NCBI RefSeq assembly: GCF_054482525.1
Contig: NZ_JBTHVG010000004.1
Length of the DNA: 64,000 nucleotides
DNA from: a plasmid
Strand: one strand, 5' to 3'
Shown piece after piece: positions 62,301 through 64,000 of the stretch; within the stretch, counting starts at the first letter, position 1; each line of letters starts with the position of its first letter. Below the pieces are notes generated by a model. The model was given only the letters and a program-made list of their open reading frames with translations, was not told where the DNA came from and made no database searches. The translations under genes were made by a program, and so were the position numbers.

Positions 62301-62604
62301 AGACTCTAGTACGTTCTGTATCGGTGATTTGGCGAACTCACAGATAAAGAACGGCTAAGCACTAATATCAGCAATACAGTGGCACAGTATTGTGATACGC
62401 GAAATAAAACATCAGCACGTCAGTTCAGAGTAAGGTCGCCATATATCGGGCATGAGCCAGATACAAATAATTGGGACACCGTCTGAAGTGATTTGCTTTA
62501 TTAAAGTAACTTGTGCTTGGTGTTTATGTTTATCAATTTGGGATCGCCTGTAAAGTGCAAAATGCAATTTCCATGAAAGTGTCCCCTTTAATGGGGACAC
62601 CTGT

Positions 62605-62913
62605 TCACATTTTTTCGTTTTCTTTAGCTGTATTGCTAATCATGAAAACGAACGTTCGCATCAGCACAGCAGAGCGAAGTGCATCATATCCTTCCAGATT
62701 TAAGTTCTTCAGGCTTCGCTTCAGGTAGGTTCGTACCGTTTCGGGAGAAAGCCGACAGTTCTGAGCAATGGCGTCGTAAGGAACACCCATTGCGTAAAAA
62801 ACGCAGACTTTAAGCTGGTTTGTTGATAGCTCGGGAAACATGCCTTCCAACAGAGTGATGGCCGGGAGTTTCTGTATCAGTTGAGGTGACATAGCAAAGG
62901 TCTCCGATGACAA
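62605..62913 (-). CDS. LuxR/FixJ-type HTH transcriptional regulator (TraB-like by position)
   Basis: 102 aa with C-terminal HTH (LSPETVRTYLKRSLKNL). Confidence 0.6.
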   Translation of the reverse strand: MSSETFAMSPQLIQKLPAITLLEGMFPELSTNQLKVCVFYAMGVPYDAIAQNCRLSPETVRTYLKRSLKNLNLEGYDALRSAVLMRTFVFMISNTAKENEKM

Positions 62914-63232
62914 CTAAAAACGCTATCACTGAGTTCCTACGCTCATTGGTGATAGCCCAGACGGGGGTAGGAATACCGGCGTCATCGGAAACCGGCCAGG
63001 CTAATGCCTGCCCCGCCTGAGCTACCATAGATGACGACAAGAAATACAAGTTCCTGTCTTTATGGTATGGCAAAAAACGACGCCAAATGAAGAAATTAAC
63101 TTCTGCGCCGACGATGACTACGCGGGTTCCTACGCCCGATCACAGTTTTGCCTGTGACCAGTAAAGGGTACTTAGTATAACGCACCGAGTCAACTAACAG
63201 CTTAAAAAACATACAAAAAAGCGTCAAAACTT

Positions 63233-63365
63233 AACGCTCCGCGCCGAAGCGATCCAGGCGTGATGCTTCTGCTTTGTGGCGTTCGAACATGCTGGTCCAT
63301 ATGCACGAAACGGTGTCTGACCCTCGTCCAGACAATCCGCAGTTCTGACGAACATATGAACAAAT
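63233..63365 (-). promoter_or_regulatory. conserved tra-region element, copy 3
   Basis: Same 5' core (AACGCTCCGCGCCGAAGCGATCCA) and 3' block (CCGCAGTTCTGACGAACATAT); mini-ORF frame is preserved but begins with CTG. Confidence 0.45.
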
Positions 63366-63446
63366 ATGCTCTTGTAGAGGCTGTTGTTACACAATTGGCG
63401 GGTTGTGTAACAAATGGTTTTATCATCTAAGAATTATTCTATTTAC

Positions 63447-63712
63447 GATCGAATGATCTACAAAATGATTTTTTAAAGGTTTTTTAGATCGTTTAATTGC
63501 ATTAAAACAGAATATTATTCTGTTAGGTGGATCGGTTGTAAGATAAATGATCGTGAGCAGGACAAAAGTCGATCTTTTAATCCAAAAGAAGGATCTAAAG
63601 CAGAAAAATCTGCTTTTAAAAATAGATTTTATTTTTTTGACGCAGGTCAAGATTAACTTATTAGAGGTATCAGTGAGGAGGCACTGGAAGAGAAGAGATC
63701 GTTGTAATGCTT
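63447..63712. other. AT-rich region with a cluster of eight GATC sites
   Basis: Eight GATC counted by eye in about 265 bp, mostly as GATCG/CGATC. Confidence 0.4.
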
Positions 63713-63888
63713 TTCAAATTAACGTAAAGCGGGTATATTTCGGCTGTTATTAGCTGTGCAGAGGGTGGCACTCTGTGGAGCAAAGCGGCGAAAGTCGGAC
63801 GGCAGAATGCGCCATAAGGCATTCAGGAGAGATGGCATGTACGGGCAGTAAGTCAGAAGACTGAAGATGTTCCGGAAGCCATAAAAGG

Positions 63889-63950
63889 AAAACCCCCACT
63901 ATCTTTCTTACGAACTTGGCGGAACGACGAAAGATAGTGGGGGCCTCACA
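63889..63950. other. long perfect hairpin (15 bp stem, about 24 nt loop)
   Basis: CCCCCACTATCTTTC ... GAAAGATAGTGGGGG. Confidence 0.5.
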
Positions 63951-64000
63951 GAATACGGGTAAAGTATAATGAAACCGTACCAGAGATTCAACCCTGTGCA

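Noticed and set aside
63423-63753. ORFs 63423..63650 (minus) and 63547..63753 (plus) in the GATC-rich region
   Set aside because: AT-rich low-complexity translations with no RBS; the region looks like regulatory or origin DNA.

Overview
This window reads as a large segment of an IncI1-type (R64/ColIb-P9-like) conjugative plasmid. Identification rests on recognisable protein sequences (PsiB, PsiA, ArdA, NikA/NikB, Rci, PilV, Sog primase, Dot/Icm-like Tra proteins) and on gene order; no database search was run. Left to right: leading region (1-8.3 kb) with psiB-psiA-ardA, two copies of a ~350 bp structured repeat interpreted as Frpo/ssi single-strand promoters, an Rpn-family nuclease and several unassigned ORFs; oriT with nikA-nikB (8.3-11.6 kb); trbCBA, a pnd (hok/sok-type) locus, excA and the minus-strand traY-to-traE block including sogL and nuc (12.6-45.7 kb); rci and the shufflon with seven sfx sites (45.9-49.0 kb); the thin-pilus operon pilV-to-pilI (48.8-61.4 kb); then NusG-like and LuxR-like regulators and an AT-rich GATC-dense region. 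The main candidates for something undescribed are two AT-rich single-gene cargo insertions (11683..12501, DUF2971-like; 17462..18553, a 363 aa protein inside a duplicated pnd leader), an Rpn nuclease with a stand-alone copy of its own C-terminal domain, and a triplicated non-coding element with a conserved 8-codon mini-ORF in the tra regulatory regions. Motif coordinates are hand-indexed and may be off by 1-2 bp; no rRNA, tRNA or CRISPR array was seen.
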